64,000 nt of DNA, taken from the NCBI RefSeq assembly GCF_004010195.1, contig NC_057757.1, forward strand, positions 4,139,111-4,203,110, in the 5' to 3' direction. This document shows positions 49,423 through 60,935 of this stretch, piece by piece (position 1 is the stretch's first letter; every line of letters starts with the position of its first letter). This DNA is from Chiloscyllium plagiosum (taxonomy: Eukaryota). A program made the translations under genes and the position numbers. The notes under the pieces were generated by a model. That model saw only the letters and a list, made by a program, of their open reading frames with translations, ran no database searches and was not told the origin of the DNA.

Positions 49423-49854
49423 CTGTGGGGTAGGACACGGTTTGGGAAGAAAATTAGCTGGTATGAGATGAGGTAACTTTCAGGAGACCAGCAGAAATAG
49501 GAATAGGAGTAGGTTATTCAGCTGCTTGCACCTGCTCTGTCATTCAATAGGATCACGGCTGACAATCCTCACGGCCACTTTGTTGCCTTTTTCCTGTAAC
49601 CCTTGATCAAGAATCTATCTCATTCAGTTTTCGATATACACAAGGGCTGGACCCCCACAACGCTCTCTGGCAAAGAGTTTCAAAGACTCACAAACCTCTG
49701 ATGAAAACATTCCTCCTCATGTCAATCCTAAATTGTGCCACTTTATTCTGAGACTGTGCCCTTTGGTCCTAGACTCTCCCATGCAGGGAACGATCATCTC
49801 AGCATTGACCCTGTCAGGCCCTCTAAGCATCCTAGATGTTTCAATGAGATTTAC

Positions 49855-50612
49855 TTTAGGTAAATGTGAGGTCTTGTATTTTGGTACGGTAAATTAGGGC
49901 AGGACTTATACACTTAATGATAGAGTCCTGGGGAGTGTTGCCAAACAAAGAGACCTTGCAGGTTCATAGTTCCTTGAAAGTAGAGTTGAAGGTAGAAAGG
50001 ATAGTGAATGAGGTGTTTGGTACGCTTGCCTTTATTGCTCAGTGCATTGAGTACAGGGGTTAGGAATTCATGTTGCGTCTGTATAGGACATTGGTTAGGC
50101 CACATTTGGAACACTGCATTCAATTTTGGCTTTCCTATAAAGGGAAAGATATTGTTAAACTTGAAAAGGTGCAGAAAAGATTTACGAGGATGTTGCCAGG
50201 GTTGGAGGTTTTGAGCTATAGGGAGAGGCTGGGACTACTTTCCTTTATCAAGTCTCATAGAATCATGAGAGACATAGATAGGGTGAATGGCCAAGGTCTT
50301 TTCCCCAGGGTAGGGGAGTCCAAAACTGGAAGGCATAGGTTTAAGGTGAGAGGGGAAAGATTTAAAAGGGAGTTAAGGGGCAACTTTTTCACATAGAGGT
50401 TGGCACGCATATGGATTGAGCTGCCAGAGGTGGTGGTGGAACCTGGTATAACTACAGCGTTTAAAAGGGATTGGATGTGTATATGAAAATAAAGGAGTTA
50501 GTGGGATATGGACCAAATGTTGGCAAATGGAACTAGATTAATTTAGGATATCTAGTCGGCATGGACAAGTTAGGTCAAAGGGTCTGTTCTGCGCTGTACA
50601 ACTCTATGACTC
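49855..50612 (+). mobile_element. CR1 3' portion nested within an opposite-strand CR1 fragment (~49480-50720)
   Basis: LYRTLVRPHLEHCIQFW..LEKVQKRFTRMLPGL through the 3' UTR. Confidence 0.85.
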
Positions 50613-51154
50613 ATCCTCCAGGGGCTAGAGCCCCAACCTGATTAGCCTTTGCTCATACGACAATCCCTCTATTCCAGGGATCATCCTAGTGAACCTTCTC
50701 CTACCTGCCTCCAACGCCAATGTTCTTTAAAAAGGACACCAACTTTGAGGAATTACAAATGCGGGCCAGAACAGTGATATCTCAAGGGAAGTCCTACTCT
50801 GATTCAATTCACGAACAGAAGAAGCACTATTTTGCAATTTTTAAAATCAGATGTGGCATTTTGTTGCCGTCCCTCAGAAATACTTGGCCCTCTCAAAGCA
50901 ACCCTGGTTCAGACTCAACTCCATTACTGTTAGACTGGAATCACATGTGGGCCCAGACTGAAAAGATGGCAGACTCCCCTCCCTAAAGGACAATTTGAGC
51001 GCAAATGAGTTTTCACACAATTTGATGGTAGTTTCACAGTCACCATCGCAGAGAAAAGCTTTCAATCCCAGATTTACAAATTCAACTTCGATTCCAACAA
51101 CTGCATCTCAGGGATTGGAACTCTCAGATTTAGCCTGGGTGCTGGTGTTGGAAT

Positions 51155-51565
51155 GGTTACCTCCTCCAGCCCCAATACCCCTCCCTATCTTCATAACCTC
51201 CTATATGTTCCCCAACGCCCCGTCCTATCTGTGTTACCTCCTCCATCCCCTACATCCCACCGTACCTCTGAAACCTCCTCCAGCCCCTAGACCTCATTAT
51301 CTCTGTAAGCTCCTCCATCTCCTACACCCCTCCCTATCTGTGTTACCTCCTCCAGCCCTACACCTCTCCCAATCCTTGTTACTTCCTCCAGACCCTACAA
51401 CCCTTCCTACCCCTGTAACCTCCTCTGTCCCCTATACACCTCCATATCTCTGTAACCTCTTCCAGCCCTGTACCCCTTCTACTTCGGTCACCTCCTCTAG
51501 CCCCTACAACCCTCTCTATCTCTCTAACCTCATCCAGCCCCTACAACTCTCTGTGCACCTCCAAT
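51155..51565. repeat. Degenerate ~35-bp pyrimidine-rich tandem repeat
   Basis: Recurring CCCTATCTCTGTAACCTCCTCCAGCCCCTACA-like units. Confidence 0.8.
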
Positions 51566-51886
51566 CATGGTCCCTTGGGATGCCTGCATTTTACTGACTC
51601 TGCAATTTGTGGCTGTGGTCCCAGCTGCCAGGATCTTTCAAAATCCCTCCTCCACTGATTGGATTCTCTCGTTTCCTCCTAAAAGTTTTCCCTGGGACCT
51701 TCCTCACTGAATGAGCATTTGGTCAACTTTTTCCATATCTCCTAACACAGTTGAGAGCTCATGTTGCTCGATAGTAGTTCATGCCAAACCATCTCAAGGG
51801 ATCTTGCGCTATTTCAGAGGTGCTCGGTAAATGTAAACCCTTTATGGTTGTTACAGAAGTGTTCAACACTGCAACAACATACTCAC

Positions 51887-52051
51887 CTAGCTCTAACAGA
51901 CTCTGGTCATCCATGATCTTTTTGATGGAGAGCTCCCTGAGGTGTTGCAGGTTCGGTAACTGTTGAGTTAGTGGGGATGCAGCAGTGATTATTCCATCAT
52001 TGTAGCAATGGTGAAATACTTCTAGCAGTGTGAGAGAGCCAACAGCACGAG
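51887..52051 (-). CDS. NAIP: NAIP LRR exon
   Basis: ctcctag| ... G|GTGAGT, 165 nt, phase 1-1; ARAVGSLTLLEVF..DGI..LRELSIKKIMDDQSLLEL. Confidence 0.88.
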
Positions 52052-52657
52052 CTAGGAGTGGAGTAAAATTCACGTTTGGGTAAAGAATAATTCCAAAACA
52101 ACACTCTTTTCCTCATTTTAACCAGATAATACCCCTTATTCTCTCCCTCTAAAGCTACTTAATCATCTCCATTGTTTCTGAATTTACCTCCCAATTCGGG
52201 TCAGCCTTTGCTGTCCCTAAACAATGTTTTAGCTTCTCACTCGACATTCTTCCCCCCTCCCCACTCGTCACCTCATTTGAACACCTTAGAGAACTCCTTC
52301 ACTCAGCATCTTCATTCAACACCTTCACTTGACTCACACAATGCTCTCACTCTCTCCCATCTTTCTCACTTGATCCCCTCACTCAAATTACTCAATTTTC
52401 CTTACTTAACTCCTTCATTTGGCCTCTCCCTTTGACATATTGCTATGAAAATGTAATGTGTACTGTACTTTTAAGGGAGACTGGAAGCTGGCATGGACTT
52501 AGAGAGGCACACAGTGTGCTGAAAGAATTTAAAATGGTAATTTGACTGTGAAACCAATAATGCAGATGAGTTGTCATGATACAAAAGCAAATTCAAATTC
52601 AGCTAATCTATTTAAATTATGTCCCAGATACCAAAATCCAATCAAATTTGAATTTAG

Positions 52658-52922
52658 TGATGTGCAATTCTGGTCTCCTTCCTATTGGAAAGATGTTGTG
52701 AAACTTGAAAGGGTTCAGAAAAAATTTACAAGGTTGTTGCCAGGGTTGGAGGATTTGAGCTATAGGGAAAGGCTGAATGGGCTGGGGCTGTTTTCCCTGG
52801 GGCATCGGAGGCTGAGGGGTGACCTCATAGAGGTTTACAAAATTCTGAGGGGCATGGATAGGGTAAAAAGGCAAAGTCTTTTCCCTGGGGACGGGGAGTC
52901 CAGAACTAGAGGACATAGACTT
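52658..52922 (+). mobile_element. CR1 ORF2 fragment
   Basis: VQFWSP..KDVVKLERVQKKFTRLLPGL..RRLRGDLIEVYKI. Confidence 0.85.
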
Positions 52923-53542
52923 ATGCAAAAATCAAAATACAAACACACACAGACAGGTACATACAAGCAGAACTAAAGGCTCTAGACTATGATTGCCCTT
53001 AGGAAATCCAATCAGGATTTCCCGAGTAATGTTCCCAATTAGGGGGTGAAGGAAAATAGAATTTGGTCCCACATGGAGCAGGCAAAGCTGGAAGTTCTTT
53101 CTTAATTCAGCGTGGGACGTGGGCATCGCTGGCTGGTCCCAGCATTTACTGCCCATCCCTAACTGACCCTTTAATAAGGTGGTGGTGACCTGCCTTCTTG
53201 AGCCACTCCAATCTCACGTGGTGTAGGGACACCCACACAGTGCCGTTACAAAGGGAGCTATTCTGACCCAGTGATACTGAAGGAACATATATATTTCCAA
53301 GTCAGGATGGCGAGTGGCTCAGAGGGGAACTTGCTGGGGATAATGTTCCCAAAATCTGCTGCTCCTTAAGGACTATGAAGGTCAGCAGAAGAGGGAGAAG
53401 GGACTGAATTAAGTTGGAAAAGAAAAATGAGAAGAGTGCAGGGAACAGAAAACATCAAAAATCATCTCACTCCCAGACTCCAATGGATTAATCTATGTCA
53501 ATCTATTGATCACCATCGCTGATCAGGATAAAAGCAACTTAC

Positions 53543-53629
53543 CAAAAGCTTCTGATTCCTCTGCATTGGAAAAGTTGATGCCTGGAACTTCCAATAGTCT
53601 GAGGTTCTGGAGTTTGCTCAGTGAAGCAG
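53543..53629 (-). CDS. NAIP: NAIP LRR exon (too short for the ORF track)
   Basis: tcttctag| ... G|GTAAGT, 87 nt, phase 1-1; TASLSKLQNLRLLEVPGINFSNAEESEAF. Confidence 0.87.
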
Positions 53630-53829
53630 CTAGAAGATAGAGAAGTAATGGGAATAATAGCACAGAACAGAATAACACCATTCAGCCCTTGCCTTCTCTA
53701 CAGGTGCTCCTGCTCCACAAAAAACCTTCCCACTCCCTTTAAGATCCTTAGCTCACCCCTGAGAGAGCATCCTTCCACCTTTTTCTCCCTCATCCACACT
53801 CTCCTTAAAGGATTCGGGACAGTATAAAC

Positions 53830-54257
53830 GTGTATATGTGTTTGAAATGTGCGTCAGTGCGTGTTTGAGTACCTCTGCATTTAGGTTTTCTGTGTGTGTA
53901 CACTAGTTTGCCTGTGTGCCAGCATATGTGCATTCTCCTGGATATCTGTGTGTGTGTGTGTGTGAGAGACTGTCCAACTTATTGCTGCAGGTACACCTCT
54001 GGGAGTGTGCTCATAGGGTACATGTGACTGTGCATGCGTGTGAGTATATGTATGTGAGTTTGAGAGCAAATCTGCATGTGTATGTGTACATGTTTGTATG
54101 AGAGTTTGTGTAGGTGGGGGTGTATTGATGCATGTGCCTGAGTATGTGTGTATGTGCACATGTGTTTGTGTGGGTAAGAGTGTATTTGTGTGTGAATATC
54201 TGTGTGAGAGTTTGAATGAGGTTGTGAGAGTGCGTATGTGTTTGTGTGTGCACGCGC

Positions 54258-54294
<37 letters not shown>

Positions 54295-54360
54295 TGTGTA
54301 TGAGAATGTGCGTGTGAGAGTGTTTATGTGTGAGTGTTTGTGTGACTGGGTGAGTTTGTG
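53830..54360. repeat. Degenerate (TG)n/(AG)n microsatellite tract
   Basis: Direct reading; similar tracts at 1-115, 2250-2370, 5345-5485, 9330-9615 and within cassette spacers. Confidence 0.85.
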
Positions 54361-54959
54361 TTATGGGACCTCCATCAGCAGACAGCAACAGTAATGGAGA
54401 CCATTGAGAAGGGGAGCTCAAGCAGTTGTGCTGGGACCTCCTTGCAGTTGTACTGATACCTGATAAACAAATCCTTTTCTTTGCATGGACCTATTCATCT
54501 CTTTGCAAGGACCTATTGTATACTAACACCTGCTTATCAGCTAGTAACCAATGCTGTCCAGACATTACGTGACTGAAGCTAATGACTTGGCAAGTTGCCT
54601 CGCTTGTTCATTCTCCTGCAATTAACAGTCTGCACATTGTTAATCGATTGCAATCTGCATAATCACGCAACTTTCTTTATCTCGTTGGAGTGACTTGTGG
54701 CCATCCGGTCAATCTAGTCACTGTCTCTCCCTATGAGCTCATGAACAAACCAGTCAATACTCAATGCTTGAGTGACACAGTAGTTCTAAATTGGACTGCT
54801 ACATGCGAGTCACCCACTGCATAATTTACTTCCATCCACAAAAGTGGAGCATCGCAAGGAGCCCCCAGTCTGCAAAACCACCTCTCCACTCCCAAAATTA
54901 CAGCCACCCCCCAAGGAAAAACAGACAAGACATCAGGGTTGAGACCTTAGTTCACTTAC

Positions 54960-55124
54960 TGAACGCCAAAGTTTCATTCGGAGACAGGTGAAGCGCACTT
55001 AGCACTAGTTCCTCCAGACGTGAGCACGATGATAAAGCCTGGCTGAGATCCTCAAACTCTGGGAAGCTGCTGGTGCACTTCAGGTGGAAGACTCGGAGTT
55101 GTGAAAAATTCTGGAGGTGGTGAG
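54960..55124 (-). CDS. NAIP: NAIP LRR exon
   Basis: ccccacag| ... A|GTAAGT, 165 nt, phase 1-1; LQNFSQLRVFHLKC..F..L..C..LEEL. Confidence 0.9.
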
Positions 55125-56332
55125 CTGTGGGGACAGTGACAGGGACAGATTGCGACAATGCAATGCCTTTCAAGAGCTTATTTTGTCCTGGTTTTTGTTT
55201 TAAGAGAGGTTATAAGGCAGAGCTGTCTCTAAGAAGGTAAACAGCTTATGAGGCCTTGGTGTGTTTTTTTAAAGTTGGAACAATAGAAGCAGCCTGGATG
55301 GGTGTGGCCAGCTCTCACAAATCAGGCTTCCTAGCTTATTTGAAGTTTTTAGGTTTAGCTTTAAGCAGAAACCATTGGGTTCTCAAAAGAGTTGAGAGCT
55401 CCAGTGAATGTCTCCTGGCTGCTACTCTCTCTGAATTTTCTCGCAATGTTTTCTTCCTCCTGGGTTGGAGAACTGCGTGTGAGAATCTGTGTCTGAATTT
55501 GCCTTTTTCTGCCGAGGGGCATGTTTATGGGATGTTACTGTATTGGATCAGTTAATTAGTAACAGTTACTGTATCTATTATTCAGTTAAGTTCCAATCTG
55601 TTAAGTTATTCTAAATTCTTCTTTCTTTCTTTGTATTTGAACTACAGTGTTTCAATAAATTGTATTTTTCTTAATGTTGAGTGGTTTGACCAGTCGCATT
55701 GCATCTGCAACACACACTTTACATCTACCTTTAAATTAAGAAAAAGTTAGGGTCTAGGCTGCCTTCTTAAAATATTTTGAGGGGGTTCTGAACTAGTCCA
55801 TAACAGCAGGAACTGTTGTCGTTCTTTACAAATGCACCGAGGGGTTACTTCGTTGTCAATGGATTGCTGACAATCGCTTGCTTAAAAAATGTGAATTAGA
55901 GGCAGATGCGCACCCTCAAACCTGCTCTGCCATTCAGTAGGATCACAGCAGATATTTGTGTTCCAAGTCAAGCATTTCATCTCTCCATGGGAGTAACCAA
56001 ACCTCTGTCAGGCAACCTCTCAATCCCTCAATCTATTTTTAAACTATTGAGTATTTCCTCAAGCATTTCCTTAAGGGGATGTGTGCAGCATGGAAATGGA
56101 CCCTTCGGACCAACCAGTCCACGCCGACTGTAATCCTAAACTAAACTAGCCCTATCTGCCTACTCCTGGCCCATATCCCTCCAAACCTTTCATATCTCCT
56201 TCCCATTGGAAGGATGTTGTGAAACTTTGCCAAGGTTGGAGGATTTGAGCTACAGAGAGAGGCTGAATAGGTACTACAGCAGGGTTGGGGACCTCACGTT
56301 TGTTTGACTTATCAAAGAACTATGGGCCCTAC

Positions 56333-56509
56333 CGAGTTTTGAAGAATCCTGCATGCAGTTGACTCCAGATAAAGTGAGGTTTTCCATGTTCTGCAGTGTC
56401 GCTAAGCCCTCGGAAATCTGGTCAATGATTCTCAGAGACGAACCAGTCCTCACCTCGATCTTGAGTTTTTTCAGGTGTTCCAACTTGTCCAATCGGCTCA
56501 GCAGGTACT
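56333..56509 (-). CDS. NAIP: NAIP LRR exon
   Basis: ctttgtggtag| ... G|GTAGGG, 177 nt, phase 1-1; EYLLSRLDKLEHLKKLKIEV..I.E..LQNMENL. Confidence 0.88.
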
Positions 56510-58274
56510 CTACCACAAAGAGATTGGTCCTTTAGTTCATCATGAGAAGCCGATGCACTCTTCGTATGTCTTAGAATCATTATAGAATCCTTAGAGAAAT
56601 ACCGCAGTTAGCAGTAGAGTGGGGTGGGGGTGGGGGGGGGCGGGAAATATAAAATCCCTGGACAGTGGAGCAGGACTATTCATCCCATCAACTTCACACT
56701 AGCCCTCCAAAGAGTATCTCACCCAGACTCACCATATAACCCTGCATTTCCCACAGCTGACTCACCTAGCCTGTGCATCGCTGGCCACCATGGGACAATT
56801 CAGCATGGCCAAACCACTCTAACCTATACAATCCTGGACACTATGGGTCAATTCAGCATGGCCAAACCACTCTAACCTATACAATCCTGGACACTATGGG
56901 TCAATTCAGCATGGCCAATCTGCCCTTACCTGCAAATCTTTGGACTGTGGGAGGAAAACCCACACAGACAATGGACAGTGTACAGACTTTACACAGACAG
57001 TATCGAACCTGGGCCCCCGGTGCTGAGAGGCCGCAGCACTAACCATCCGCGCTGCCCCACCTGGCAACTTCGAACAGGAACGTTACCTGCAAGGTTTTCC
57101 TTACTCGTGTGGCCAGTTTATTCCCTTCCACCAACCAGGACTTGGCCTGGTCCCTGTATCCTATCACACAGTGCACCCATCGCTGACCTGCATTACTTCC
57201 TAATCCAGCAATGGATTCCAAACTCATCCTCGTTTCTCTGGGCCTTGCCCCTCTCTACTCCTGCAACTTCTTCCAGGCCTGACAACTCTCTGAGATCTCT
57301 GGTCCTTTCCTCCCATTCTGGCCTTTTGAGCATCCCCCAATTCCCCTCACTCCACCGTTAGTGGTAATGCCTTTGGCTGCTTGGATCCTGGGTTTTGGAA
57401 TCTCCCCCTCTCCTAAATTTGTCCGTCTCTCTCCCGGCTTCATGGATGCTCCCTAAAACCTCTCATCTCTTCGATCAAGCTTTTGGTCACTTCTCTGGAG
57501 CCAGCTATTGCAGAGTCGTGGAGATATTCTGGGGCAGAAGGAGGCCATTTGGTCTTTCGTGCCTACCCTAGCTCTGTTACCCAGTGGCCAATCTCCTGCC
57601 ACCCCCCATATCCCTACAGACTCTCTCCATTATCCAGTGCCCTTCTTGAATGTCTCATTTGAACCTGCCTACCCTACATTTCCAGGCAGAGTAAATACAT
57701 TTGGTAGCACAATGGTCAGCTGCCTCACAGCACCAGGGAACTGTGTTCAATTCCAGCCTTGGGTGACTGTCTGTCTGGAGTTTGCATGTTCTCTCTGTGT
57801 CTGTGTGGGTTTGTTCCAGTTTCCTCCCCTAGTCCAAAGACGTGCAGGAAAAGCAATGGGTAGTGATCAGGGTTGAAGAAACAATGGGGACAGTTCATGG
57901 CTGACAATGGGGCGTCTGTGGTAGCAGTGATGATGACAAGACTTGGTGTATGTGGGGGGGTTGGGATAAGGACATGGGAGAAAGGTACTCAGGCCCAGAA
58001 ATTATCGAACTTGACATTGAGTCCTGCAGAGTCCACCATGTGGAAATCAAAGAGCTGTTCTCCGAGCTTCACTGGAGCACTATAGCAAGCCTGTTGCCCA
58101 AAGAACACGGGGATGTGTGTTAAAGTGGCAGACAACTGGAAGCTCAGGGTCATTTCTGCAGACAGAATGTAGATGTTTCGCAAAGCAGCCACCCAGCCTA
58201 CGCTTCATTTCCCCATTCTAGAGAAGGCCACATTGTGAGGAGCGAATGTAGTAGTTGGTAAATAGTTGGGAAGG

Positions 58275-58855
58275 TGCTGGGGAGTGTTGCTGAACAAAGA
58301 GATCTTGGAGTGAAGGTTCAGAGTTTCTTGAAAGTGGAGTCACAGGTAAACAGGATAGTGAAGGCGGCGTTAGGTACGATTGCCTTTATCGGTCCGTGCA
58401 TTGAGCATAGGAGATCATGTTGCGGCTTTTCAGAAATTGGTTAGGCCACTTTTGGAATATTGCAGGCAATTCTAGTCCCTGCTATAGGAAGGATGTTGTG
58501 AAACTTGAAAGGGATCAGAAAAGATTTACAAGGATGTTACCAGGACTGGAGGATTTGAGCTACAGGGAGAAGCTGAATAGGCTGGGGTTACTTTCCCTGG
58601 AGCGTTGGAGGCTGAAGGGTTACCTTATTGGGGGTATAGGGTGAATAGGCAAGCTCTTTCCCCCCAAGGTGATGGAAGTCCAAAACTAGAGGGCATAGTT
58701 TTAAGGTTAGAGGACGAAGATTTAAAAGGACCTGGACAGTGAATGGGATGTATATGGAATGAGTTGCACAGGAGTGGAGGAGGCTGGTACATGGACAACA
58801 TTTGAAGAGCATTTGAATGGGAAGGGTTTAGACAAATTATGGGCCAAATGCAAAT
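58275..58855 (+). mobile_element. CR1 3' fragment
   Basis: KDVVKLERDQKRFTRMLPGL.. Confidence 0.8.
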
Positions 58856-59685
58856 AGATTAATCCCTAATGGCCCAGAGGCAGTTAAGTGTCAACCACAT
58901 TGGCTGATCGTCTGGAGTCATGTGTAGGCCAGACCAGGTAAGAATGGCAATTTCCTTCTCTGAAGGACAGTAGTGAACCAGATGGATTTTTCCAACAGTC
59001 ATCAACTGTCATCATTAGACTCTTAATTCCAGACCTTTTTTTTGTTGAATTCAAATTCCACCATTTGCTATGGTGGGATCTGAACCCAGCCTTACCTGGG
59101 TCTCTGGATTAACAGTCCAGCGAGAATACCAGTAGGCCATCACTTTCCTCTCAACAGTTGGACCAAATGGCCTGTTTCTGTGCTGTACATCTCTACGACT
59201 AGATTGTGGGAAGTGTAGGTAAAGTGCTGCTTGACCTGGAAGATGTGTCTGGGCCCTCGGATACTTGAACATCAAACTTGCTGGCCAATTTGCAAAGGCT
59301 GACACTCCCACACGCCCCTGGATCTCCCTAGCTGCCTCATCAATCATCACTCTCAACTGCCCCTGAACCACTGAGCCCAAATTCCAGAACCCGCTTCCTA
59401 ACAGCAGTGACTGTTTCCTCGACAAAACGTCCAGAGACCATTCTCCCCAGCTCACCTGTTCGATGACTCTGATCTCAAGTTCTACGATCGGCAAACACAT
59501 GCCATAGACATATTTGCCCCCTACTGCACTGGCACTTGACTAACTACTAGCTAATGTGTCGTCAAATGGAGACAGATCATGACTTCCTATGCCAGATTTA
59601 ACCTATTTCTCCCATGGCATCACTGGCTAAATCTACCTAAGGACTTCCAAACATTTCCAATTGATTGGCAGACCTGGCATAGAGT

Positions 59686-59891
59686 TGAGAGTGTGTGGTG
59701 CTGGAAAAGCACAGCAGATCATACAGCATTCTAAGAGCAGGAAAATCACATTTCAGGCAGGAGCCCTTCATCTGGATGAAGTGATCTTGCCCAAAACATC
59801 GATTTTCCTCAGATGCTGCATGATCTGCTGTGTCTATCCAGCAACGCGCACACTCTCAACTCCAGCATCTGCAGTCCTCACTTTCTCCTCA
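59686..59891. mobile_element. Hairpin mini-Penelope (inverted pLTRs) with 14-bp TSD
   Basis: ACCTGGCATAGAGT at 59672-59685 and 59892-59905; the two arms are reverse complements meeting at degenerate hammerhead cores. Confidence 0.8.
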
Positions 59892-60392
59892 ACCTGGCAT
59901 AGAGTCATTGGGATCTACAACAGAGAAAAAGCCCCTTCAGTCCATCAAGGCTGTGCCAGTCAGAAACAACTACGTAATTACTCTAATCCTATTTTCCAGC
60001 ATGTTTGCCCTGGCAAGGGCACATCTAAATGCTTCTTCAATATGATGGGGATTTCTGCCTCTCCCCCACACTCACAGCCAGTGGGTTCCAGATTCCCATC
60101 TCCCTCCGTGTGAGGAAGAGCTTGTCCCCATGTCCCCTTTGAACCTCCTGTTCCTCAGCTTCAGTCTATGCCTCCCTGGGTCATTGATTTCCCCCCAACA
60201 AGGGGAAAGGTTCCTCCCTGTCTACCCTGTCAATGCCCCTCATCATTGTTTTATCCATTAAATCATGCCCCTTCGCAATCTCCTCTGCTCTAAGGGAAAC
60301 AACCCCAGTCTGTCCAATCTCTCTTCATAACTGAAACATTCCATCACAGGCAACATCCTGGTAAATCTCTCCAGATTGTGCAACATCCTGCT

Positions 60393-60528
60393 CAGATCAG
60401 ATCAGGTCTGACCTGCTGTGCTTTTTCGATTTTCCTGCTGCTCGGATGCTGCCTGACCTGCTGTGCTTTTCCAGCACCACTCTGATCTAAACTCTGGTTT
60501 CCCGCATCTGCAGTCCTCACTTTTGCCT
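60393..60528 (+). mobile_element. Mini-Penelope pLTR with 11-bp TSD
   Basis: AACATCCTGCT at 60382-60392 and 60529-60539. Confidence 0.7.
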
Positions 60529-60935
60529 AACATCCTGCTAAGTCAAATCTCCCAGGACTAGGCAACATCTTGGTAAATCTCTCCATACCGGGCAACATTC
60601 GAGTAAATTTCCCCAGACTGGGCAACGGCCTAGTAAATCTCCTCTGCGCCCACTCCAGTGCTAGCAGATGCCTCTTATAAGGTGGATTCCAATGCTCCAG
60701 CAGTGTGACCTAACCAACAGTCTATACAGTTCCAGCAGCAACTCCCTGTTCTTAATCTGTAGTATCCCATATGCCTTCTCAAACATTTTATCCATCTGTC
60801 CCACTACCGAAGGGACAAGCTGACAGCCACCAGTTTGGACACCTTCCCTGCACGTCCCCAGCTGGGTGACTGTCTGGCGCGGGGCGGTTAAACACGGGCA
60901 GCGCCTGGCGCTGCGACAACGCTATCGGTCAATAC

